From: Hemiscyllium ocellatum
Taxonomy: Eukaryota
DNA length: 64,000 bases
NCBI RefSeq assembly: GCF_020745735.1
Contig: NC_083409.1
Location: 5,569,534 to 5,633,533, forward strand
Reading direction: 5' to 3'
Positions 38,860-51,420 of the stretch are shown here, one piece after another (within the stretch, counting starts at the first letter, position 1; each line of letters begins with the position of its first letter). The notes beneath the pieces are model-generated. The model saw only the letters and a list, made by a program, of their open reading frames with translations, made no database searches and was not told the origin of the DNA. Made by a program: the position numbers and the translations under genes.

Positions 38860-39900
38860 CTTCAGCACTCTTTCCAGGTTAATAACATCCTTCCCAGAAC
38901 AAAGTGAACAAAACTGAACAGTGTGCTACAAGTAAGGCCTCAACAGCATCCTGTATAACTGCAATATAACTCCCCAACTTCGATGATCATTGCTATGACT
39001 GATGAATGCCAGTGTACCAAAAGCCTTCTTCACTGCCCTGTCTACCTCTGAATCGACATTCGGAGACCTGTGCACCTGAATTCGAGTGTTCCTCTATTCC
39101 ACTACACTTCTTAAGGGACAACCATGAAATTCCGACATTGATTTAACTTTCCAAAATGCAAGATCTCACAGTTATGTATATTAAACTCCATATCCCCAGC
39201 TGATCTAGATCCTGCAGCAATTTGTAAGAACTTTCATCATGATTCACGATACCACATATTTTACAGTGATCTGCAATGTTATTAATCATGCTTTGTCCAT
39301 TCTAATTTAAATCAGTACGCATACAACGAATGGAAATTGTCCCAGCACCGACCCCTGAGGCACTCCACAAGTGACAGTTGTCCTATCCAAAAAACATCCT
39401 TCACTATTACCCTCTGCTTCCTATCAACAAGCCAATTGTGTATCGAATTTACCATATCCCCCTCAATTCCATGCAATCTAACCTTCCAGAGCAGTATACC
39501 ATGGGGAACCTTACTGAAGCCCTTACTGAAATCCGTATAGTTTATGTATACCATCCTGCCCTCGTCAACGTTGCTTGTAATTTCATCAAAGAACTTGGAG
39601 AAATTGTGAGCCATGATCTGCCATGTACAAAGCTGTGCTGACTGTTCCTAATCAAACCATATCTTTCGAAATGCATGTATATCTAATCACCCAGGATCTT
39701 CTCAAATATATTACCTACTACAGATGTCCGCTTTTCTGGTCTATAGTGCCCAGGTTTTTCTCTGTAGCCCTTCTTGAATAAGGACACAACGTTCGCTACC
39801 CTCCAGTACTCCGGTACCACACCTGTGGCCAGCAATGATGCCAGGGCCCTCGCAATTTCTTTTCTGTCCTCGTGCAGTGTTCTTCGATATATCTAGTCAG
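38860..39900 (-). mobile_element. CR1 RT fragment
   Basis: FFDEITSNVDEGRMVYINYTDFSKGFSKVPHGILLWKVRLHGIEG. Confidence 0.9.
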
Positions 39901-40149
39901 GACCAGGAAATTTATCGAAATACTGCAAAGTCTGCAAAATACATTTGTTTTTTGAGGTAAAAGTACCATGGAGTGAGAAAGTGACTTAATGATGTTCATC
40001 ATAACAAATTAAAGGTTATATTAATCATAGGAAGTGACATCAGAAGAATTCCAGCAATTGCGGAAACCAGAGATTTCTCAGAAATTAATGATTCAGAAAA
40101 AGGAGGGGCATGAAACTGATAAGGAAAACAAAAAGAGAACATACATGCT

Positions 40150-43100
40150 AACAAATTGGAGCACAAAGACTACATCAATATACGATCGATATTTCAAAGG
40201 AAACAAAATAAAAGCAAGGTCAAACGTGGAAATTTGTAATCAGAAGAGGATAGGTTATTGTGGAGAACAGGGAAATGGCCAAGACAATAACCAGTTACTA
40301 TGCAACTGTCTTCATGGAGAAAGAACAAGAAAATCTCTGAGAAATACTAAGTAATCATATAGTACTAGTGAAACTAAACATATGAAGTCAATTTATATAA
40401 GTAACAAGGTAGTCCTTGAATATGTAGCTGGATTAAACATTGCTAAGTCTGACGAAATAGATGCAATTCATATCAACTTGTCAGAAATAAATCAGTGATA
40501 GAAGAATTAATTGAACTGTCGATGATAGTGTTTTATTTTGCTGCGCATTCTGAAGAACCCAGAAGCCATTGTAGAAAATGGAATGTAGTAAACGTGATTC
40601 AAGCATTGGAGATGAATGCAATAGATCCAAGCATCTAAAAAGGGAAGAAGGAATAATGTGGAGAACTGCAGACCAATTAACTTGACAGCTGCTAGGAAAG
40701 AGCTGCAACCTATTACATATGATGTGATATTTGATATTTAGAAATTAACAGCAACATTGGAGAGTATCGGTAAATATTTCCGAAAAAGAAATTACACTTG
40801 ATAAACTTCGGAATAGTTTGAAGGTTAGTTAGAGAAATATATGTTAGTGGAAGCTTAATGTTAAGTTAACCTTCATTTAGGGGAAACAGAATATAGACGG
40901 AAGGTTATGTTGAAGCAGTTGCACAGCGTTTTGGTGCGACTGTACCTGGAGTATTGTATACAGTTTTGGTGAGACTGTTCCTGGAATATTGTATACAGTT
41001 TTATTGAATCAATCTGAGAAAGAATACACTGACCATAAAGGAAGTGCAATGGACATTGTCCAGATTCATCCATGAGATGGCGAGATTGTCTGATGACGAA
41101 ACGCGGCCTGTGTTTTCTCGAGCTTCAAAGAATGAGGTGGGCCATAGTGAAATTTAGAAAATTGACGAAACATATGACAAGGTGGAAATCAACAGGATGT
41201 TTCCCTAGCTGTCTACCCTACATTTATGGCCAATAATGGCAGGAAAAGGGACAGACCATGTAATAAGGAGGAAATTCTGCACGTGGTAGGGACAGACTAA
41301 CACAGGGGCATGGAAAACTGCTGGCAGTGCAAGATGAGGGAGACTCCCCAGATATTCTGCAGGCATGTCAAATGGAACAGAATAACTCGGGGACAAATGG
41401 GAGTCATTAGTGACTTGCCAAGTTGTATCCAAATCAACGTAATGTTAGGACACAGAAGACGGTGATAGATGATTGTTTCTGTGACTGAGAGTCAGTGTCC
41501 AATGGGACACTACGGGATCAGTGCTGTGTCCCTTATTATTTGTGATTCTGGGTTGCCTGTGTTGGAGCGGGGTGGACAAAGTTAAAAATCGCACAACGCC
41601 AGATTATAGACCAACATGTTTATTCTGAGGCACTAACATTTGAAGTGCATAATCACGTGATGAAGAAGCAGCGCTTCGTAAGCCAGTGCCTCCAAATAAA
41701 CTTGTTGGACTACCATCTGGGGGTGTGTCATCATTAACCTTATTATTTGTATAATCATAGATGATGCAGCTGTGGATATGGGGGTGGGGGTTGGGGTTGG
41801 GGTTAGGGAGGCAGTGATAAATCAGCTTGTGTTTGACACAAAGATTGGTCAGGTGGTTAGCAGTGAGGAGGACAGTCTTATGTGACAGGAAGATACAGAT
41901 GGAATGGACTGATGGATGGATTAATGGCAGATTGAATGTCATCCTGATGAATATGAGGTAATGTACTTTGCAAGAATGAACCAGACAGCGGAGGATTCAA
42001 TGAATGGCAGCACACGAGGAAGCTTAGAAGGTGTTTCTCCACCCATCCCCGAATGGGACTAGACAGGTTAATGAACAAATTGAGAATATATTGGGGATCA
42101 TAAACATAACCTTTATTCGTCGAGGCACAGGTTAGAAGAGCTATGTGGAACTTAGGTTAGGCCAAGATGGAATATTGTGTTTAATTCTGGGAGCCACATT
42201 ACAGGAAGGATGTCATTGTACTGGAGGAGGTGCAGAGGGGATTCACCAGGGTGTTCCCTGGGATGGAGCAAATCAGCTATGTAGAGAGGTTGAATAAGCT
42301 CGGCTTATTTACTTTGGAGCAGAGAAAGCTGAGGCGGCTGTGATTCAGAAGGATAAGATTGCGAGAGGCTTGGACAGGATGGATCGACAGCAGCTGTTCC
42401 TTTTAGGCAAAGGGGAAGAACAAGGGAGCACCCTATAAGTGAAGGGATTGAGGTTTCATGAGGATTTTAGGATTGGTTTTCACGCAGAAAAAGTTGGGGT
42501 CTGGAATGCACTTCCTGAAAAGGCAGTTGGTACAGCTAACCTCACCACCATTAACAATACATTGTCGTGCACTTGAAGTGGCATAACATTCATGCCTATG
42601 GGGTTCGCGTAGGGAAATGACACTAATGTAGTCCGCGCTGTATTTCTGACGATACAGAGTCTGTGCTTCTATGATTGTATCACTGTTGAAGGTCAATCAT
42701 TGAGCATCTTAAGATAGGAATTGATGGGTTTCTGAAGAGTGTATTAACAAGTGTTGCAACAGTGAAGTTGTAAAAGAGAATGCAGAATGGAGAACAGGGA
42801 AATGACAGAACTATGGAGCAAATGGTAAAGTCATGTCTTCACAGAAGAAAACAAAACAAAAAAGAAAGTTTCCCAGCAATACTAGGAAACTTCAGTCTGG
42901 TGGGGAAAAAGGGAATGGAATGAAATTAGCAGCTAAGGGGTTGTAGAGAAAGTATTGGGAATAAAGTAATAGGCAAAGAAAAAGTCAGCAGAAGCATAAG
43001 AAATGGCAATCATATTTCAGAAAGTGACTTGCTAAATTATGGAGAAGCAATCAATACAATACGATTGGGTTTTCAGTAAGATTACTAATAAAGTCCCAAA

Positions 43101-44270
43101 CCTATTATACAAACTCTAATCTTATGGGACTGAGACTAATACGTGGACATGGTTTTCGAATGGGAGAGCCGACAGCAAGCAGTGAAAAGAAGCACAACAT
43201 TTTTTGAGTGGAAGGCCTGGGTGGCATAGCAGTAATCGGGCTTTGGCTTCCAGCTATTCCCAATACACAACAAATTTTTGGTTGAGTGAATCAAATGCAA
43301 TATTCACAAGTCTGCTGATGATACTAAATCATGTTGGGTTGTGAGTGAGTGAGCAGTATGTAAAAATAAGTTCCAAGGTGATTGAGACAAATGTAGTGAA
43401 TGGGCAAATATATGTCAGATGGAGAGCAATGAGGCGGGGGGGGGGGGGAGATATGACTTTGTGCACTATGGTTGGAAAAACAGAACGGCAGCCTACCATT
43501 CGAAACGAGGTTGTTTGAAAAAATGCTGATCAAGAAGAAACTTACGCTGCATTTTTGTTTTCTTCTGTCAGACCCCTGAGCTCCATGCAGGGCAGTGAGT
43601 TATGAAGCCAGAAGTCAATACTGGCAATGGCATTGGCTCACTGACTAGTGTACGAAGTGAGGAGCTGTAACATTGTAAAGGATCTGGATCTCCCTGTGCA
43701 CCAGTCAGTGAAAGTACTGTTGCAGGAACAGAAAATAGTTAGGATGATAATTGGGATGTTGACCTTCATTTCAAGGAGATTTGAGGCCAGGAGTAAGGGT
43801 GACTTTCTGCCGCTGTACAGGGCCTTATTGAGAACACATCTCGAACATTGTGCAATATTTAGCCCAATTTTGGTCTCATTACCTACTGAAGGACAAACCT
43901 GACATTGAGGGAGAGCAGTGAAGCATAACCACACTGATCTCTGGGATGACGGCCTTATTGTGGGAGTAGAGTTTGAGGCGACTGGGCATGTATTCCATGG
44001 GCTTCAGGAAAATAAGTGAAATATATAAAACTTTGATAGGGCGAGACAGCTTGGAAGCAGGGATGATAATTCCCTTGGCTGTGATGTCTAAAACAAGGGG
44101 CAACAGTATTAGCTCCAGACAGATCACTCTGCATTGAGATGAGAATAAATGTCTGCACTCAGAGACTGGTGAACCTGGGGAACTCTCTCCCAGATCAGGC
44201 TGTGGAAGCCAAGACACTGAATATACATAAGGACTACAAGACACTATAAAGGGGTAGGACGGGACAGGAG
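40150..44270 (+). mobile_element. Mosaic of old CR1 fragments
   Basis: e.g. GMLTFISRRFEARSKGDFLPLYRALLRTHLEHCAIFSP (43750-43880); gatggaatattgtgtttaattctgggagccacattacaggaaggat (42166). Confidence 0.8.
41580..41740. mobile_element. Degenerate palindromic PLE-terminus element
   Basis: gttaaaaatcgcacaacgccagattatagaccaac mirrored by gttggactaccatctgg..ttaac; decayed hammerhead gtgatgaagaagcagcgcttcgtaagccagtg. Confidence 0.7.
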
Positions 44271-44434
44271 TGGTGTGAAGATAGAGGATCAGATATCATT
44301 ACAGGTTGTTCTCCAATAACGTGGCAGCTGTGTTCTTGTACAACACAGTGTTGTAGAAAACCTTGTAATATTAATAAAGAGGCCTGTGGGAAAAGGAGGT
44401 GGTGAGGCGAACCCACAGAATATCAGTAAGATGC

Positions 44435-44574
44435 NNNNNNNNNNNNNNNNNNNNNNNNNNNNNNNNNNNNNNNNNNNNNNNNNNNNNNNNNNNNNNNNNN
44501 NNNNNNNNNNNNNNNNNNNNNNNNNNNNNNNNNNNNNNNNNNNNNNNNNNNNNNNNNNNNNNNNNNNNNNNNNN
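44435..44574. other. Assembly gap (140 N), about 3 kb upstream of C1
   Basis: Run of N. Confidence 1.
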
Positions 44575-45229
44575 TTAAAATATATATTGTAAAGAAATTG
44601 CACAGTAAATGAAACACTTTTCTACTACAGTCACTGGTACAGCACTGTACCTTTCACCAAGCTCTTCATCAGAAAACACGAGGGGCTGATTGACCACTTG
44701 ATGCCGCTGGAGAATTCTAGTTCTCCCTAAATATCTCCCCCGGTTTGAAGGAAAGTTCCTTCTAAGTGTAGGTTAAGGTTTAAGACTTGCAGAGCGTATT
44801 GAATTCCTGTTTTAGCCGAACACACTGAGGGTGCATTTTGCAGACAGAGGATCCTGAGGCCAGAGTTTGCTGTTCAGCTGGTGCCAGGCAAGAAATCCGG
44901 AACAGGAGCTTGCGTTATAAAAAAGGTGCACAATTCACGAATTGTGATGCAGACAAATTGTGTTGAATAAACATGAGTTTATCAAAGAACTGTCTGCATA
45001 TTTAATGGAGGAGCAAAATTGATGGACAGAAAGGATTACAGTAATTCTTATTTTATATGTCCCGATGTCTTCACGTACTAAGTGATATAAGCACTGTGTG
45101 GGGAACAATGCATTGAGGAGATTTTCTCGACGAGCTAGAATGCAGAAGGCTCAATGTGTCGAATGGCCTGCTCGTTTCCCTGTGCATCTGCACAAAAGCT
45201 GACCACGTGATGCCAATGCGGAACTCCAT

Positions 45230-47400
45230 TTCTCCCTAAACAAGGTCTGCCTCACAAACTTACCTCTGATATCATAACGTTTAATTTAACTCACTTTTGA
45301 CCTTGTCAAAAGCCTTTTGAAAGTCCAGTCACACACTGGGTCCTGAGGGAGGGTCACTCAATCTGAAAGGTTAACTTCGATTGCTGTCCACAGATCCTGC
45401 CAGACCTGTTCAACCTTTTCATCATTTTTTGTTGTCCACTTATTCAGCCTTGTCCACTGTCTACTGATCACATCCTCAAAAACTTCCAGAAGATGTGTCA
45501 GGCCTGATTTCCCTTAAGTAAATCCATGCTGACTTGGTCCGATCTTGTCACTGCTTTCCAAATGCTTGTTTACTGTATCTTTAATAACTGACTCCAGTGT
45601 TTTCCTCATGCATAATTCCTCATTTTCACTCTCCTGCCTTTTACTAAAATGTTGGCTTACATTGGATACTGTCCAGTCCATTGGAACTCTGTCAGAGTCG
45701 CCAGAATGTTGGAAAATGATCAACAATGTGTCCACTATTTCAACACCCACTTTCTTAAATACTCTGATGAGTTGCTGGCCCCAGGGAACTTACAGGCTGA
45801 TGAGTTGCTTGCCTTCCCAAGACCATTTCCTGACTAACAAGGATTACCTTCTGCTCCTGCTTCACACTTGACTCTCTATCCCCCTGCATTTCCTTTCAAT
45901 AGGATGTGCGTCCTTGGATATTTAGTTCCCAGCCCTGATCCCCTTGCAGCCATGTCCCTGCACTATACGGTCGTTTACCTTGTTTCATAGACTCAATGCA
46001 TCTAAGTATAATACAAAGACATGCATTGACTGCCTCCTTCTTACAGTTATCTCCTTTAGAAATCAAGGAATCCCTACAGTGTGGAAGCAGGCCATTCAGC
46101 CCAGACTGACTCTCCAAAAAGCATCCCACCGACTCTACAATGCCAATAGATAATCTTCCTAACCTACACACTTTTCTGAAATTGGGAGGAAACCCAAGTA
46201 GACACGGGGAGAATGTTTAAACTCCACACTGACAGTTAGTTGGAATTGAGTCTATGTCTCTGGAGCTGTGAGACAGCAGTGCTAACCACTGATCCACCAT
46301 TCCACCCTGCGGGTCCTCAATTACAATTCTTGATCCTTTCCATACTCTCTATCCTATTACTTGGTCTGGATGCTTTAATAAAGTGCCCTGAGTCCCTACC
46401 TTCTTTAATTAGTCTAAATTCCTCGGAAACTTGATTTACCTTGATTTGTGTGGTAACACTTTGTCTACATTATTCCGAATGTTTCATGCATTAAGAGACA
46501 AAGCCTTTAAGATTGTTCTTTATCAAGCTTCCGTGCACTTTAAAGTTTCCTCAGTACAAAATGACATTCAAAATACTCTGTCTCTTACCTTTTATTTTCT
46601 GATAACAATCAATTCCATCACTAACCTATTCCTCCCTTCTCCTTCAAATTTCATTTTCTAATTATCCATCCAACTGTTCTAGTTACTTTCTCTTTGAATT
46701 GTATTCAGGCTGATATTTATTCCTGAACAAACATCACTCAAAAATGTTTCTTGGTTCATTGTTGCTTGTGGTATCTTTCTGTGTACAATCTGGCTTGCAC
46801 ATTTCCTACATTACAACAGTGACCACATTTCGAACAAGTCCCACACTGTCTGCAAATATCTGGAACAGCATGGATCTTTCTTTTCTTTGGATGAACTGGG
46901 AGTCTTTCAGTTGTGAAAGATGCCGTTCCAATGTTGCACAGTCCTCCTCCTGAACTACAGTTCCTGCTTTGTCCCTCTCTTTTGTGAAAACAGACCGAAA
47001 GCTGTCATGAGGAACCATTGCTCCATCTTCCACCACCGCACACAGGTTCCCTTCCTGCTCTCGAATGGGCCTCATACATTCCTTCATTCACCTGTTCTTT
47101 CTGTGATTATAAAACATCACTGGGATTTTCCGGACTTCATTTGGACACATTTCATCCTTTGCTTTTCTCAGGTCGTGGTATTTTGTCTTTTAGCCCACTT
47201 TTACCCAATCCATGCCAGTTTAGTAAAAGGGTTTTTTTGCCAAATGAAAACTTTTATACTTGCTCCATTGTTCTCCATTTTCATCCCTACTCTCAATCTC
47301 TCTGAGTTCTGATCACTGTCACTGAAATGTTCCCTCATTGATAGCCCTTCCAGCTGCCCACATTCATTCCCTCAAGAATGATTCAAAACTGTCCCTTCTT
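45230..47400 (-). mobile_element. CR1 fragments (45230-46020, 46850-47400) and an HE1-type SINE (46060-46310)
   Basis: VEIVDTLLIIFQHSGDSDRVPMDWTVSNV; IREQEGNLCAVVED; SINE cctacagtgtggaagcaggccattc..gtgctaaccactg. Confidence 0.8.
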
Positions 47401-47622
47401 TTTCACCATCGCCCTCTCTGGGGCATTTGGGAATGGGCAATAAATGCTCGCACAGCCAGTGACACCCACATCCCAAGAAGCAATTTTAAAAGTCCCTGTC
47501 ATTTTTATGGGGTTTGTCAGGTATTGAATATAAATGTTCAAATGGATCGTTTTGCCAGTGAATGTTCAGAGTTGAAATCCCTTTGAATGGCAGGGATTAA
47601 AATTGTTTGTCTTGTCTTTCAG

Positions 47623-47951
47623 GCCGTGACAACTCTCAGCCCAAGCTGACCCTGCTGTCCCCCTCCCTGGAGCAGGTCAATGCCAAGGGCACTGCCACCC
47701 TGGTGTGCCTTGCCAATCACTTCCATCCCGATGAGCTGGAGGTGCAGTGGATGAAGGACAGTGCAGTCATTTCGGACGGGGTTCAGACCAACAACTACCT
47801 GCGAGCTTCGGACAGCACCTACAGTGTCAACAGCCTGCTGACCCTCTCTGGGTCTGACTGGGAGTCCAACGCTCGCTTCTCCTGTGCCCTCACACATGTG
47901 ATCCTCCCCTTTCGCCTCAGCAAAAGCATCAGGAGATCAGAATGTGTGTAG
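47623..47951 (+). CDS. IGKC: Immunoglobulin light-chain constant exon C1, kappa-type (type III / NS4-like)
   Basis: Pyrimidine tract and AG (47621-22), phase 1; RDNSQPKLTLL..GTATLVCLANHFHP..VQW..YSVNSLLTL..FSCALTH..KSIRRSECV*; both Ig cysteines, the Trp and the C-terminal Cys are present; GTATLVC..F.P and KSI.RSEC resemble kappa. Confidence 0.93.
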
Positions 47952-48477
47952 CGTGTTTGAGACAGTCCACGGAGGAAACACAATGTTGAATCGAACAGGT
48001 CTGAGTTGGCAGGGCAAAGGTCATTGTCAGCACTGACTTTCAACTCTCTTCCTTCTTGGGATTGGTTCGGTGACATTTCCGAGGTTCAAGGGTTAAGGCA
48101 GATCAGTCGGATAATCAAAAGGAAGTTTTACTCTGTATCAAATCCCATGCTGACCCGGTTCTGGGAGTGTTTTGTGGGGACAGTGATGACTTGTGATGCC
48201 AAGTAAAACCTCTCGGAGATGCTGAAGACTGTCAGCTGTACAAAACAATGTGAACCTCAGAAATCTCTACTTCAGTAAACCAGATGTCCATTCTGCTGAG
48301 CCGTCAGTTCGAATTTAAGCTTCTGTTATTACTTAAAGGGAGAGGATTCTTGGGTTATTGAGAAAATCTCCACAAGTGTTTTCCTCAAGCTCCATTGTGG
48401 CTATGATTTTGAGCAGCTTCCTCTGTTTGGGCTGTGAATTGCTGACTGTTTTCTGTCAATGTCAATCTGGAAAAGGG

Positions 48478-48483
48478 AATAAA
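48478..48483 (+). terminator. Polyadenylation signal of C1
   Basis: AATAAA ~530 nt after the stop, at the end of a 3'UTR block homologous to that of C2. Confidence 0.8.
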
Positions 48484-49714
48484 GGTGAAGAAGATTCAGT
48501 CTCTGTCTCCTGTGTCCTTTGGAAATGACCAGAGCTACTGGGCACTCTGCATTGATGAATATGACCAGTAGCATCTTGTTACTGAGAACAACAATTTCAC
48601 AGGATTGGTAAATGAATATGCCTTAAATTAGACATGGTTTTTTTTTTACTTTTAAAGTTAAAGTGCAATGGAATGGGCCCGTGTGTCAATGGAGCTAGAT
48701 TGAGAATGTTAAATCTGGGGAAACTGGGAGTCACGGCTGAGGAGGGCAGTCAATGATAAACTTCTTCCACTTTCTGCTGTCATATTCTGTAACCCCTGGG
48801 CCATCTCAGTGAGAGTCATCCAGGGCTCAGGGAGCATTCCAGAGCAGCTCATTGACCTGACTGTTGTGTTCCTCAGTCCACATGTGACTTCAATAATCTC
48901 CCTCTCCGGCTTTAGTATCAGTGGGAACCAATGGGGCTAAAATCCTATCCAAACAGACCCTCAGACAGCGGGGAGGCTGCTAGTGAATCAGAAAACCCTT
49001 TGATTTAGTCCCAGATTCCACCATGGCTCTTTCATTCAAACACAGCATTAGCACACTGACACCACATTCAGAGGGCAACCCTGAGATGGGGCAAGTTTGT
49101 TTCTTGATTGTGGGGAAATGGGGACTGGGTGTGAAATATCCAGTCTGAAGCTGGTGGGGGTACTTTATAATGAAGAATAGAAATTGTTGTTAGAATAATG
49201 TCAGGCGTTGATGGAAGTGAGGAATAGCTCAGTCATTCCTCACTGTCTCCAGAATCCACAGACTACCACATCCTTCTGTCAGACCCTGAAGGCAGAGAAA
49301 CTGCTCCTTAGCATCCTATATTTCGCTATCTTTCCCAGAAAAGGTGAAGTATTCTCCGCCTCAGTGATTCCCTGGGACAGGACATTTTTAAAAAGGCTGT
49401 GGGAAGGGAAATGTTTCGTCCCAATGACAAAACTAATGGAAGGATGTGGAGTTGGCTCTGTGAAATGTCAGGGCGTAGAGGATGACACCAGAAGCAATTC
49501 AATGTTGTTGCTCTCTCCTTTGCAATTGCTAAACTGGTAACAATTACGTTTTGCTCACAATTTGCTCTCTCACATTTGATCCACTTGCCTTTCTTGCTTT
49601 GCTTCTTTTGATTTCAGTCTGTGGGTAGTTCCATCAAAATCCAATCTCCTCCCACTCATCCTGGCCCCTGAATTGATTAGAAACAAAACAACCCTGCAAA
49701 TCCTGGAATCCAAG

Positions 49715-50085
49715 GTTGGCAAGCAGGAGGATGGGAGAACACAGCCAGCCAGGCAGCATCAGGAGGTGGAGAAGTCGACGTTTTGGGTATAGCCCTTGTT
49801 CTGGAAGTTGGGTGGATGGGTGTTGAGGGAGCTGCAGATAAAGGGAACGGCGGGGGCAGGGTGGTTAGGTGGGGATAGGTGGATGCAGGTAGAGGGTAGG
49901 ATCTGGTTGGTCGAAGGGAGGGATGATTCTGGATTCATCTCTCTCATCGATCAATCTGTTCATACTCTCTATTTTTCTCAACCTATCCCCACCTCACCAC
50001 ATCGCTCCCACGCCCCCCTTTATCTGCAACTCCCCTGTCAACCACCACCTTCCTGAAAACGGTTACACCTGAAACGTCGACCCCG
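49715..50085. mobile_element. Inverted PLE-terminus pair with decayed hammerhead motifs
   Basis: gaagtcgacgttttgggtatagccc..gctgcagataaaggg..ggtggggatagg mirrored by cctatcccc..ccctttatctgcaac..gaaacgtcgac. Confidence 0.75.
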
Positions 50086-50620
50086 GAAAGAGATTAGACA
50101 AGGTTATTTCATTGAGTCCATCAATCCTGAAAAGTTTGAAGTCATATTTCCTGTTTGCAAATGTGAAGTCTCTTTCAGGCTGAAAGAATGAATCTCTCAA
50201 TTGAGAAATGAGTGAGCTTAACCCAGATCCTGAACAACAGCACAACAGAATGGAGAGATATAAATCAGAAGCAGTCTAAATACAGGGCAGCTTGTAAAGT
50301 GCAGCTCGTACTGAGTGCAACCAACACAGAGGGGAATGCTGGGAGGTTTGGTCAGTGTGGCAGTTTGGTGAACTGGGGAAGGAGATCGACCTTTGCTTTT
50401 CCAAACTGATTTGGAACTGTCACTTCAGCTGCTGGGAGCCTGCACATGCACTTGATTTGAATGAAAGACAATTATCAACAAGAGAATAGGAAGCGGGGAA
50501 TTGTTTGGTTTGAGGGATTGTGTAAATAGATTGCTTCAGAATGTGTCCATTAGGGAAGGTTAATAAATGCAAAGTACTGTAACTTCAAAAGAGAGATTGA
50601 AGACAATTACTGTTTTAATG

Positions 50621-50831
50621 AAGTTAAAAAATCACACAACACCAGGTTATAGTTCAACAGGTTTAATTGGAAGCACACTAGCTTTCGGAGCGACGCTCCT
50701 TCATCAGGTGAAGGAGCGTCGCTCCGAAAGCTAGTGTACTACCAATTAGAACTGTTGGACTATGACCTGGTGATTTGTGATTTTTAACTTTAGACATCCC
50801 AGTCTAACACTGGCATCTCCAAATCATGATC
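50621..50831. mobile_element. 170-bp palindromic PLE-terminus element with an intact minus-strand hammerhead (50676-50710)
   Basis: Arms 50621-50704 and ~50709-50790; minus strand CAC-CUGAUGA-A-GGAGC-GUC-GCUCC-GAAA-GC-UA-GUG; TAATGAAG at 50616 and 50832. Confidence 0.88.
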
Positions 50832-51019
50832 TAATGAAGGAAGGACATTTTTCAGTTGTAAGTGCGATCAACATTTCTTTATTGCATTGAAATGATTCAG
50901 GATAAATTCAACTGCAGTGAATATATAAAACTACAGGAACTCCCACTCAGGGAATTTGAAATGAAAGCTGAATTGAAAAAGCAGTGATATGTCAGGGAGT
51001 GCCGGAGGTACCTGGAGAC

Positions 51020-51420
51020 TTAATATTAGAAGGAAATTATAGGCCTCATGATCGCACAGTTCAATTCCACGTGTCGTAAGGGGCAGGAGGGTACGACACA
51101 CGTGGGAGGCAGATAGGTATTTGGAGAATTCAGTGGGAAAGGAAAACCCCTCACTCTTCTCAACTCCAGAGAGAACAAGACCATCCTTTCCAATCCTTCC
51201 TCATCACACAGCCCACTCATAGCAGGGCTCAATCGGGTAAAACTCCTCTGAAATATCTCCAATGCATTTATATTCTTCCTTCAGTAAGGAGACAAAAACT
51301 ACATACAATACAGTATTTGTGATGTGATGGCACCAATGTCCAGGAAAAACTCAGACATCACACTCTCACTTTCTGGTCCCGAATCACGCCTGCTCTTACT
51401 TTTACCAATGTTTTTCCTGT
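51020..51420 (-). mobile_element. CR1 fragment
   Basis: EIFQRSFTRLSPAMSGLCDEEGLERMVLFSLELRRVRG. Confidence 0.8.

Noticed and set aside
47619-48076. Antisense ORFs over C1 (and 61662-61877 over C2)
   Set aside because: Shadow frames of a GC-rich exon
49119-49140. Minus-strand DI..TQSP-like start of a kappa V
   Set aside because: Needs a frameshift and the following sequence has no V framework residues
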